64,000 nt of DNA from Thermodesulfobacteriota bacterium (GTDB lineage Bacteria > Desulfobacterota > Desulfobacteria > Desulfobacterales > C00003060), in NCBI GenBank assembly GCA_034189385.1, contig JAXHVD010000013.1, positions 68,259 through 132,258 of the forward strand. The letters run 5' to 3'. Each line of letters opens with the position of its first letter. Within the stretch, counting starts at the first letter, position 1. The translations under genes were made by a program, and so were the position numbers. Shown one piece after another: positions 38,977 through 47,162 of the stretch. Below the pieces are notes generated by a model, which saw only the letters and a list, made by a program, of their open reading frames with translations, did no database searches and was not told where the DNA came from.

Positions 38977-40014
38977 ATGTCACAAGCGAAGCCAGGAATT
39001 AATCGTAGGGATTTCATTAAGTTGGGGGCACTCGCTGCTGGCGGGGCGGCTCTTTCAGGAAGGATACCCTTTGCGCAGGCCGCTGGCACAAGCGAAGAGC
39101 CTGACAGCCCCATCTATTTGGCCCTCAACATGTCTAAAGTGGCCAACAACGAGGAGAGCTTTCGCCTGATGAAAAAAGTCGGTCCCAAGGTGTGCATCAC
39201 CACGGCCTCCCATCCCGGATTTGTAGGATTTCAGGCCAACATCCAGACCGGCATCCTCCCCTTAGCTGGTCGGTATGGTGGAGGAAAGGTGCACATGGAA
39301 AAAGAACTCAACCCCATTCGCAACTACCAGTATACCATGTGGAAACGATGGGAAGATCATGACGATTTTCATGCCAAACAATTCAACAGGACCTTTGAAC
39401 TGTGCGGCAGTTGTCTTTCCATGGTCGTTGAAGGGCCGTGGGAGCCTGTGTACAGGATCGTGAAGGCCAAAATGCCTCCCGTGCGGTCCATGGGTCAGAT
39501 TACCGACCTTGGAGTCGACATGCAGCACAAAAAAGAGTTTATCCGTTTTGCCACCCCCATGCGCTGTGTAGCCATGGCAGAGCACACGGTGAAGACTGGC
39601 AGAGAGGCTGATTTTGAACAAGGGGCCATTGCCACCATGGAGGCCCTGTCCGATTCCACAGGATTTCTCGGGTACATGATTCTAAAGCAGATGGGCGTTT
39701 GTGCCTTGGGGAGTTTCATGCTGGATCCCCAATCCATGGGGGAGGCATTGCAGACTCTGGGCGCGAATCCTCCAAAAGATCCCAAACCCCTTTTCAAGAC
39801 ACCCGAGGCCATGCCGAGCCCTCCGGAGTACCTGATCCATACTGAATGGGACGCCGTGGAGATGGCCCGACTCGGTTTTGCCAAGGTCCTGGTCAATCAC
39901 AGGATCAAGAAAATACATGACGATGGGGTCATGGCACACCTTATGCGGGGACCGTACATCATGTTCTTCCAGCCTATGATGGAAGAGCCGGGCTGGCGGG
40001 CCATGCTTGGGTAG
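38977..40014 (+). CDS. sor: Sulfur oxygenase reductase (SOR) homologue with a Tat signal peptide
   Basis: ATG 38977 follows TAGGAGG. The Tat leader is [35 protein letters not shown]. The mature part matches SOR ([49 protein letters not shown]; YGPYI-like [13 protein letters not shown]). The 79 codons upstream in the ORF track are rejected. Confidence 0.85.
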   Translation: [345 protein letters not shown]

Positions 40015-40075
40015 TGAAAGCAGCGGAAAGGCTTGAGAAACAAGTGGCGGATGTAACGTCTAACAGGCAAGAGGT

Positions 40076-40609
40076 ATGAATATGAATCAGACGGCCGGTC
40101 AAAGCGCTTGGAACCCTTATTTGGCAGGCATCTTAAGTGGCTTGGTCCTTGTCCTGTCGGTGTGGGCTTCAGGCAAGTACTTTGGGGCGTCAACCACCTT
40201 TGTTCGCTCCGCAGGCCTCATTGAAAGAGTCTTCACTGCCGAGCGGGTAGCCAAGATGGATTATTTCGTAAAAGAAGTGCCTCAGATCGACTGGCAGTGG
40301 ATGTTTGTAGCAGGCATTTTTTTCGGGTCTCTCTTAGGATCGACCACCTCCGGCAGCTTTCGATGGAAGGCTGTGCCGGACATGTGGGCCGGACGCTTCG
40401 GGCCTAGCCGGTTGAAGCGTGCCGCAGCAGCCTTTCTCGGAGGGCTGGTTGCCATGTTCGGGGCTCGTCTGGCCGATGGGTGACCGAGCGGCCATGGGCT
40501 GGGCGGGTCGGTTCAGCTGGCGGTAAGTGCCTATATTGCTTTGGTCTGCTTCTTCATGGGCGGCATCATCATGGCACGCATCCTCTACAGAGGAGATGGC
40601 CAGAGATGA
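40076..40609 (+). CDS. YeeE/YedE-family sulfur-transport protein, N-half, candidate selenoprotein (UGA at codon 136)
   Basis: ORF 40076-40483 stops at TGA within ...FGARLADG-TGA-PSGHGLGGSVQLAVSAYIALVCFFMGGIIMARILY.... The frame then stays open to TGA 40607-40609, which overlaps the next start (ATGA). The UGA sits where the family has the conserved Cys of G-C-x-S-G-H-G. Confidence 0.6.
40498..40517 (+). promoter_or_regulatory. SECIS-like hairpin downstream of UGA 40481
   Basis: GCUGGGC (40498-40504) pairs with GUUCAGC (40511-40517), giving 5 Watson-Crick and 2 G-U pairs. The apical loop GGGUCG contains GGUC at nt 26-29 from the U of UGA. Confidence 0.4.
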
Positions 40610-41133
40610 CAATCCTAACATACGGTTTGGTCACAGGGGTGCTTTTTGGCTTCTTCTTGCAGAAGGCCAGGGTCATTCGTTATGACAAGCAGCTCGGTGC
40701 CCTGCGCCTGAAAGACATGACAATCGTCAAGTTCATGTTTTCCACCGTCTTGACCGGGATGGTTGGCGTGTACCTATTTGTGGATCTCGGCTTGGCCCAA
40801 CTTTCTGTTAAAACGACAGTCTTGGGCGGCAACATCCTTGGCGGATTGATTTTTGGTCTTGGCTGGGGTTTACTGGGCTACTGCCCTGGCACAGCAGTGG
40901 GTGCCTTGGGTGAAGGCAGATGGGACGGGTTGTGGGGTGTCCTTGGCATGCTTGCTGGTGCGGCGCTCTTTGCCGAGGCCTATCCGATTTTCAAGGGGAC
41001 CGTTCTCACGTGGGGCGCTTTCGACAAGATCACCCTACCTCAGATTCTGAGGGTGAACCATTGGATTGTCATCGGCCTCTTTGTTGTCGGAGGATTGAGC
41101 CTCTTTGGGTGGTTTGAAAAGAAGGGCTTGTGA
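40606..41133 (+). CDS. YeeE/YedE-family sulfur-transport protein, C-half
   Basis: 175 aa with four TM helices and the motif GLGWGLLGYCPGTAVGALGEG. Its start overlaps the stop of the extended upstream gene. Confidence 0.8.
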   Translation: MTILTYGLVTGVLFGFFLQKARVIRYDKQLGALRLKDMTIVKFMFSTVLTGMVGVYLFVDLGLAQLSVKTTVLGGNILGGLIFGLGWGLLGYCPGTAVGALGEGRWDGLWGVLGMLAGAALFAEAYPIFKGTVLTWGAFDKITLPQILRVNHWIVIGLFVVGGLSLFGWFEKKGL

Positions 41134-41292
41134 TTGCTGCACGGCTCTGCTCAGGGTTTTGGACAGAGAAGGGAAAACTGGACGAAGCTGTCCACGGAAC
41201 GTGGGCCTTTTTGAAAATAAGGGTCCTTTTTATATGTTGCCGGTTTTGAGAAACGAGAACCAAGGCCTGAAGGGATCTTCTCCGAGGATGTC

Positions 41293-42318
41293 ATGGCACT
41301 TCGTTTGATTGAAATAGTCCTTCCTGAGGATACGGCAAAGGAGGTCCAAGACGTCTTGGAAGAATCTCAGGTCAACCAGGTGTGGCTCGAGAAAAATTCC
41401 GACAAACAGATTCTTATACAGTTGCTTGTCCCGGCACAAAAGTCGGAAGCTGTGTTGGACGTGTTAGAAAAGCGCTTTTCTACACGAGAGGGTTTCACTA
41501 TTGTACTTCTGCCAGTCGAGGCAGCCTTGCCCCGATCAGAGGAGCCTGAACCAGAATCTTCATATCCGGAAGACCAAGCATCTTCGGGAGAACCTGCACA
41601 GACGAAAATAGGGCGCATATCCCGTGAGGAGCTGTACCATGACGTACTCGATGTTACCCAGTTTTCCAAGGTGTTCTTTGTCATGGTCGTCCTGTCGTCT
41701 TTGGTGGCAGCCATTGGGATTCTGCGAGACAATGTTGCTATCATTATAGGGGCAATGGTCATCGCCCCGCTGCTGGGGCCGAACGTGGCTCTTTCTCTGG
41801 CCACCACCCTGGGAGACGAGAAGCTGGGTCGGACGGCGTTGAAGACCCTGTTAGTCGGTATTTTGGTCGTCACAGCGGTCTCTGTTTCTGTGGGCGTTTT
41901 CGTCCCATTTGATATTACAACTCTTCATGAAGTTATCACCAGAACTGAAGTGGGGTTGGGAGATATTGCCCTTGCCTTATCATCTGGAATGGCTGGCACG
42001 TTATCCTTCACGACAGGCCTCTCAACCACATTGATCGGTGTCATGGTGGCCGTGGCCTTGCTTCCACCTCTGGTGACGTTTGGACTACTATGCGGCGCTC
42101 ATGAGATCTCTATGGCAATGGGTGCCCTGCTGCTCTTTGTGACCAACGTTGTCTGTATCAACGTTTCAGGGGTTGCCACATTTCTGATACAAGGCGTCCG
42201 GCCCATATCATGGTGGGAAGCGACCACTGCGAAAAGGGCAACCCGGAAGGCCATGCTCATTTGGGGGCTGTTGCTTGTCGCCCTTGTCTTGTTGATTCTC
42301 TTTTCCCAGAGGGCGTGA
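41293..42318 (+). CDS. DUF389 / TIGR00341-family membrane protein
   Basis: The N-terminal soluble domain (MALRLIEIVLPEDTAKEVQDVLEE...) is followed by the hydrophobic DUF389 domain (IIIGAMVIAPLLGPNVALSLA...). Confidence 0.7.
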   Translation: MALRLIEIVLPEDTAKEVQDVLEESQVNQVWLEKNSDKQILIQLLVPAQKSEAVLDVLEKRFSTREGFTIVLLPVEAALPRSEEPEPESSYPEDQASSGEPAQTKIGRISREELYHDVLDVTQFSKVFFVMVVLSSLVAAIGILRDNVAIIIGAMVIAPLLGPNVALSLATTLGDEKLGRTALKTLLVGILVVTAVSVSVGVFVPFDITTLHEVITRTEVGLGDIALALSSGMAGTLSFTTGLSTTLIGVMVAVALLPPLVTFGLLCGAHEISMAMGALLLFVTNVVCINVSGVATFLIQGVRPISWWEATTAKRATRKAMLIWGLLLVALVLLILFSQRA

Positions 42319-42394
42319 GCCTGACCGAAATGTGCCAGATTGACTAACAATTTCGATGATTTATTTTCTTACACATTCATTGAAGGGGACTATT

Positions 42395-43255
42395 ATGTCG
42401 GACGTCATTGCCATCATTTTGGGCCGTCTAGGAAAGATATTCGACCCGCAGTCCTTGGGCAATCTTCTTGTCGGTTGGCTGATGAACCTGGTTGTGGCCA
42501 TGGCAATTATGGCAGCCTTCTACTTGTTGTGGCTCATGGCAAAGGTGGTTCTGGGCTTCACGCTACGCCGGAAAGTCGATCCAACGAGTTTTTCCTTTAT
42601 TGAAACCATTCTTAAGTTCTCTCTGTTAATCATCGGGGTCATCACAGCACTGGATTCTGCCGGCATCAAAACCTCGGCCCTGTTGACGTCACTGGGCATT
42701 GCGGGGCTGACCATCGGATTTGCTGCACGGGATGCCCTTTCCAATCTCATTTCAGGCATCCTGATCTTCATTGATCGCCCCTTTGTCCTCGGCGATCTGG
42801 TGGAGATTGACGGTGCCTACGGCAAGGTCGAGCGCATCACCCTGCGGTCGACGCGGGTAGTGACTTCCGACGGCCGGATGTTGGCCGTGCCCAATACGGA
42901 AATCATCAACAAGACTGTGGCATCTTATACAAATTTTCCCCATCTTCGTCTCGATGTCGGCGTGACCGTCGGTGTCAAGGAAGACCTGGAGCAGGTCCGC
43001 CAGCTGTTGCTGGCGCTGCCGAAGGACGATCCCGCCTTTCTTGACGATCCCGCCCCACGGGTCGTGGCGACAGCGCTCAATGACTACAATGTCGCCATGG
43101 AACTTCAGGTCTGGCTTGACGATGAGCGCCGTCACGTTGAAAAACGTTATGAGTTGCGGGAAAAAGTATTCAATACGCTAACGCGGGCAGGTGTGGACTT
43201 GCCTTTCGAAACGCTGCAACTACAACCTGTTGACGTCAAGGTGCACGGGCAGTAA
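42395..43255 (+). CDS. Small-conductance mechanosensitive channel (MscS family)
   Basis: ATG 42395 follows GAAGGGGA. Three TM helices are followed by the MscS beta-domain signature NLISGILIFIDRPFVLGDLVEIDGAYGKVERITLRSTRVVTSDGRMLAVPN. Confidence 0.85.
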   Translation: MSDVIAIILGRLGKIFDPQSLGNLLVGWLMNLVVAMAIMAAFYLLWLMAKVVLGFTLRRKVDPTSFSFIETILKFSLLIIGVITALDSAGIKTSALLTSLGIAGLTIGFAARDALSNLISGILIFIDRPFVLGDLVEIDGAYGKVERITLRSTRVVTSDGRMLAVPNTEIINKTVASYTNFPHLRLDVGVTVGVKEDLEQVRQLLLALPKDDPAFLDDPAPRVVATALNDYNVAMELQVWLDDERRHVEKRYELREKVFNTLTRAGVDLPFETLQLQPVDVKVHGQ

Positions 43256-43267
43256 GGCCGGCAGCTG

Positions 43268-43624
43268 TTTGTGGATCTTGGCTTGGTCCAACTTGTTGTT
43301 AAAGCGACAGTTGTAGGCAGCAACATCCTTGGCGGATTGATTTTTGGTCTTGGCTGGGGTTTGCTGGGCTACTGTCCTGCCACAGCAGTGGGTGCCTTAG
43401 GAGAAGGCAGATGGGACGGGTTGTGGGGTGTCCTCGGCATGCTTGCTGGTGCGGCCCTCTTTGCCGAGGCCTATCCGGTTTTCAAGGGGACCGTTCTCGC
43501 GTGGGGCGCTTTTGACAAGATCACTCTGCCTCAGATTCTCCGGGTGAACCATTGGGTTATCATGGCTTTGTTTGTTGTTGGAGGAGTGAGCCTTTTTGGG
43601 TGGTTTGAAAAAGGGAGGCTCTGA
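43268..43624 (+). pseudogene. Truncated duplicate of the yedE C-half gene (last 117 codons only)
   Basis: ~90% nucleotide identity to 40777-41133 at an offset of 2491. It begins immediately after the mscS stop and has no RBS or native start. The ORF-track Met is an in-frame GTG. Confidence 0.75.
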
Positions 43625-43706
43625 CTGTTGACAGGGACGGAAAGGGTCAGCGAATGTCAACAGAACCAAGTACAAAAGCTTATCCTAAGGGAAGGAGAAC
43701 AGCGTT

Positions 43707-44519
43707 ATGAAGGCCCTGAGAAATGATGCTATCGTCGTTGTATTGCTTATCACCTTATTACTGTCTTGCAGTACCGTTCCCATCACCGGCAGAAAGCAAC
43801 TCGATTTTATTCCCATCTCTAGCATGCTGGCCATGAGCGTTCAGGAATACGACGCTTTTTTGAAGTCCAACAAACTGAGCACCAATCAAAAGCAGACGCA
43901 GATGGTAAAAGAAGTGGGCTTGCGGGTTCAAAAGGCCGTGGAGGCGTACTTTGCCAAGAATCAGCAATCCGGCGCCCTGGACGGCTACGGCTGGGAGTTC
44001 AATCTCGTGGAAAGTGACGAGGTAAACGCCTGGTGCATGCCCGGGGGAAAGGTCGTGGTCTACACAGGGATTCTTCCCATCACCCAGGATGAGGCCGGTC
44101 TTGCCACGGTCATGGGCCATGAAATAGCGCACGCAGTGGCCAGGCACGGCAATGAGCGCATGAGTCAGGCCCTGATAGCACAAATGGGAGGCATAGGGCT
44201 GGCAGCGGCCTTGAAGGAAAAACCGCAGAAGACCAAAGAACTCTGGATGACGGCCTTTGGATTGGGTACTCAGGTAGGGGTCCTTTTGCCTTACAGCCGT
44301 TTGCAGGAAAAAGAGGCGGACCACTTGGGCCTCATTTTCATGGCCATGGCCGGTTATGACCCTAACCGGGCGGTAGATTTCTGGCAGAGGATGGCCCAGA
44401 AGAAAGGCGGGCAGGCCCCGCCGGAATTTCTGAGCACCCACCCTGCTGATGAAACCAGAATCGCCAAGATTAAGGAATTGATGCCCGAGGCCATGGGGTA
44501 CTATGCCAGGCCACAGTAA
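43707..44519 (+). CDS. M48-family zinc metalloprotease lipoprotein
   Basis: Lipobox LLSC, HExxH as HEIAHAVARH, and a downstream Glu in EKEADHLG. Size and layout are like the YcaL/LoiP class. Confidence 0.85.
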   Translation: MKALRNDAIVVVLLITLLLSCSTVPITGRKQLDFIPISSMLAMSVQEYDAFLKSNKLSTNQKQTQMVKEVGLRVQKAVEAYFAKNQQSGALDGYGWEFNLVESDEVNAWCMPGGKVVVYTGILPITQDEAGLATVMGHEIAHAVARHGNERMSQALIAQMGGIGLAAALKEKPQKTKELWMTAFGLGTQVGVLLPYSRLQEKEADHLGLIFMAMAGYDPNRAVDFWQRMAQKKGGQAPPEFLSTHPADETRIAKIKELMPEAMGYYARPQ

Positions 44520-44663
44520 CTACGTTCCGGCATGAGGAGTGATTTTTTGGTAACGTTGAAAAGTTGAAGCAAACTCTCCTAACGGGCAGCTAAAAGGATA
44601 GGGAGGATGGCTGAACGAAGGCATACAGCCATCTCCATCCAGAGCAATAATATATGGGCTACT

Positions 44664-44707
44664 TAAAGGCATTGGATGCCGAAGAGAAGCGATTCGCCCT
44701 ATCCGAA
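44664..44707 (-). repeat. Dispersed repeat, copy C (central module only) upstream of mlaE
   Basis: TAAAGGCATTGGATGCCGAAGAGAAGCGATTCGCCCTATCCGAA matches 6864-6910 and the reverse complement of 46861-46903. Confidence 0.45.
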
Positions 44708-44772
44708 AGTTGTCCACAGACATAGACGATGTCACAACTTCTGAACGTTACTAATCTTTTTCTCTGGTAGTG

Positions 44773-45927
44773 ATGAAAAACCCGTTCCGTAACAACAAAA
44801 ATGGGCCTGCTGCATCGATCCGGGTTGAAGGGCAGGAACCGGAGGGGCTGACCCTGACGATCGAGGGTCGTCTGGACTCAAACACAACGGCGAAGTTGTG
44901 GCATGAGGCAACGGAGGCGATCAGCAAGATGTCTCCAAGCCGGATTCTGGTGGATGCCTCTAAAATGGATTACTGCGATGTCTCCGGAATTGGTCTCTTG
45001 GTGGAGATTCTCCGTCACAAGCAACGCACAGGCGCAGAGGTGGAGATCCGGGGCCTCCAGGAAAGATTCCAGCAACTGCTCCATCTTTTTGACACATCGA
45101 AATTTGGTGAAGAACCGGGGCGAAAGCAAAGGCCCGGCAGGCTGCCTGAAGAGGTTGGTCGATCGGTTTTCAGGTTTTGGCAAGACACCCATGACCTAGT
45201 CGTCTTTGTAGGGGAACTCACTTTTTCCCTCGGGCTCGCCCTTCGCCACCCCGGTCGGATCCGTTGGAAAGATGCTTTTCTTGCGGGGGAAGCCACAGGG
45301 GTAAACGCCCTTCCCATCGTTGCCTTGGTCAGTTTCCTTGTAGGCCTTATCATGGCTTTTCAGGCCGTCATTCCCATGCGCCGATTCGGAGCCGAAATCT
45401 TTGTGGCAGATCTTGTTGGCCTGGCCATGGTAAGAGAGTTGGGCCCGCTCATGACGGCCATTGTTCTGACAGGGCGTTCCGGCTCGGCCTTTGCTGCAGA
45501 GCTTGGAACCATGAAAGTGAATGAAGAGATAGACGCCCTCAACACCATGGGGCTTGATCCCGTTCGATTTCTTGTGGTGAGCCGGGTCCTTGCAGCCCTT
45601 GCCATGACCCCGCTGTTGACCGTTTTTGCAGATTTCATAGGCGTCATGGGCGGCTCTCTCGTGTTGCGCTCTCTGGGGTATCCTTTTGTTACGTATTTCA
45701 ACCAGTTTGCGTCAGCAGTGGATCAGGTCGATCTTGTGGGGGGCCTTGTAAAATCTGTGGTTTTTGGCATTATGGTGGCTGGAATAGGGTGTCTGCGCGG
45801 TTTGCAGACCAGAACAGGTCCTGCTGCCGTGGGCGAATCGGCCACACGGGCGGTGGTGAGCGGGATCATTCTTATTGTCATTGTTGATGGCATTTTTTCG
45901 GCAGTCTACTATTATCTTGGAGTCTAA
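44773..45927 (+). CDS. mlaE: MlaE-type ABC transporter permease with N-terminal STAS domain
   Basis: The STAS-like N-domain (LTIEGRLDSNTTAKLW...DYCDVSGIGLLVE) is fused to an MlaE/Ttg2B permease core (...ELGPLMTAIVLTGRSGSAFAAELGTMKVNEEIDAL...). Confidence 0.8.
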   Translation: MKNPFRNNKNGPAASIRVEGQEPEGLTLTIEGRLDSNTTAKLWHEATEAISKMSPSRILVDASKMDYCDVSGIGLLVEILRHKQRTGAEVEIRGLQERFQQLLHLFDTSKFGEEPGRKQRPGRLPEEVGRSVFRFWQDTHDLVVFVGELTFSLGLALRHPGRIRWKDAFLAGEATGVNALPIVALVSFLVGLIMAFQAVIPMRRFGAEIFVADLVGLAMVRELGPLMTAIVLTGRSGSAFAAELGTMKVNEEIDALNTMGLDPVRFLVVSRVLAALAMTPLLTVFADFIGVMGGSLVLRSLGYPFVTYFNQFASAVDQVDLVGGLVKSVVFGIMVAGIGCLRGLQTRTGPAAVGESATRAVVSGIILIVIVDGIFSAVYYYLGV

Positions 45928-46719
45928 ATGTCGATGGTTGCCACAGAAGATGCCATCATACGCGTTGAGAACCTCACGGCTGGTTACGGGGAGACTCCGG
46001 TCGTTGACAACATCTCCTTTTTGGTCAAGCCGGGTGAGGTGTTCGTCATTTTGGGGGGCTCCGGTTCCGGCAAGAGTACCATCTTGAAATGCATGATCGG
46101 GCTCTACAAGCCTGCGTCTGGGAAGGTTTTGATCGGCGGGGACGATATTGTATCTGCCGAGGGGGAGCACCGCTTTCAAATCCTCAACAGGATTGGCGTC
46201 ATGTACCAGAAGGGGGCGCTCTTTGGTTCCATGACCTTGCTCGAAAATGTCCGTCTGCCGCTGGAGGAGTTCACGGAACTCCCTCCCCCTGCCATGGATC
46301 TCATTGCCACGCTGAAACTGGGGCTGGTGGGACTGCGCGGATTCGAAGACAAGGTGCCAGCGGAGCTGAGTGGAGGGATGCAAAAGCGCGCAGCCATTGC
46401 CAGGGCCATGGCCCTTGATCCTGAGATCCTGTTTCTTGACGAGCCGTCGTCAGGCTTAGACCCCATTACCTCGGCAGAGGTAGATCAGCTCGTTTTGAAT
46501 CTCGCCCGGAACCTGGGCATGACTTTTGTCATCGTAAGTCACGATCTTGCCAGCACTTATATGATCGCAGATCGGGTGGTCATCCTAGATACAAAGACCA
46601 AGGGCATCGCCGCAACAGGAAGCCCCACGGAGCTGAGGGATAGCAGTGAGAGCCCATGGGTGCGGCAATTCTTGAACCGCCAGGTGACGCCTGAATGGAA
46701 TAAGCGAGCGCATAGCTAA
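45928..46719 (+). CDS. mlaF: ABC transporter ATP-binding protein (MlaF-type)
   Basis: Walker A GGSGSGKST, signature LSGGMQKR and Walker B ILFLDEP. The start abuts the mlaE stop. Confidence 0.9.
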   Translation: MSMVATEDAIIRVENLTAGYGETPVVDNISFLVKPGEVFVILGGSGSGKSTILKCMIGLYKPASGKVLIGGDDIVSAEGEHRFQILNRIGVMYQKGALFGSMTLLENVRLPLEEFTELPPPAMDLIATLKLGLVGLRGFEDKVPAELSGGMQKRAAIARAMALDPEILFLDEPSSGLDPITSAEVDQLVLNLARNLGMTFVIVSHDLASTYMIADRVVILDTKTKGIAATGSPTELRDSSESPWVRQFLNRQVTPEWNKRAHS

Positions 46720-46729
46720 AAGACGCCAG

Positions 46730-47013
46730 TTTGCGCCTCACGGCTTGAAAAGAGGCGCACCATTATCAACCAGTTGAAATGACGAGTAAACACGTGCCAA
46801 GGCTTCTATGAAGCGGCAGGGCGCTGGTTTGGACCTTTTTGATGCAATGGGAGCCTCGGGAGGGGGGAATTCGCTTCTCTTCGGCCTCCAATGCCTTTAC
46901 TAAGCGAATTTCCCCCTCCCTTTGTTGCACATCCACAGGGGGGTACAAGTCTTGATGCACGTACGATTAGTGGAGACGAGGGTTGCGCCTCTTTTGAAGC
47001 CGCCAGGCGCAAA
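46730..47013 (+). mobile_element. MITE-like dispersed repeat, copy B (284 bp, ~32-bp terminal inverted repeats) between mlaF and mlaD
   Basis: The left end is TTTGCGCCTCACGGCTTGAAAAGAGGCGCACC (46730-46761). The reverse complement of the right end (46981-47013) is TTTGCGCCTGGCGGCTTCAAAAGAGGCGCAACC, about 28/32 identical. The interior matches copy A. No transposase is present. Confidence 0.55.
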
Positions 47014-47162
47014 CTTGCGTTAAAAGACAAACCTTTTACGGTGCTGCGGAGCTCTCCCGCCAGGGAGAACATTCCCCGTAGCTTGCCGCGGGAGAGTTCA
47101 ATCCAGAACCGGCCTTTAGATGGCTGAGGGAGCTCCGGCAAGGATCTTCAAGCAATTGTACC

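Noticed and set aside
12578-40483. Global reassignment of TGA (genetic code 4 or 25) as an explanation for the in-frame TGAs
   Set aside because: Many well-defined genes in the window terminate cleanly at TGA at the expected family length (zntB, nifS, tamA, mlaD and others). Only local recoding is plausible.
47003-47018. A sigma54-like AGGCGC-AAAC-TTGC inside the terminal module of the dispersed repeat
   Set aside because: The spacer is N4 instead of N5. Copy A has TTGA instead of TTGC, and the -24 box is GGCGC rather than GGCAC.
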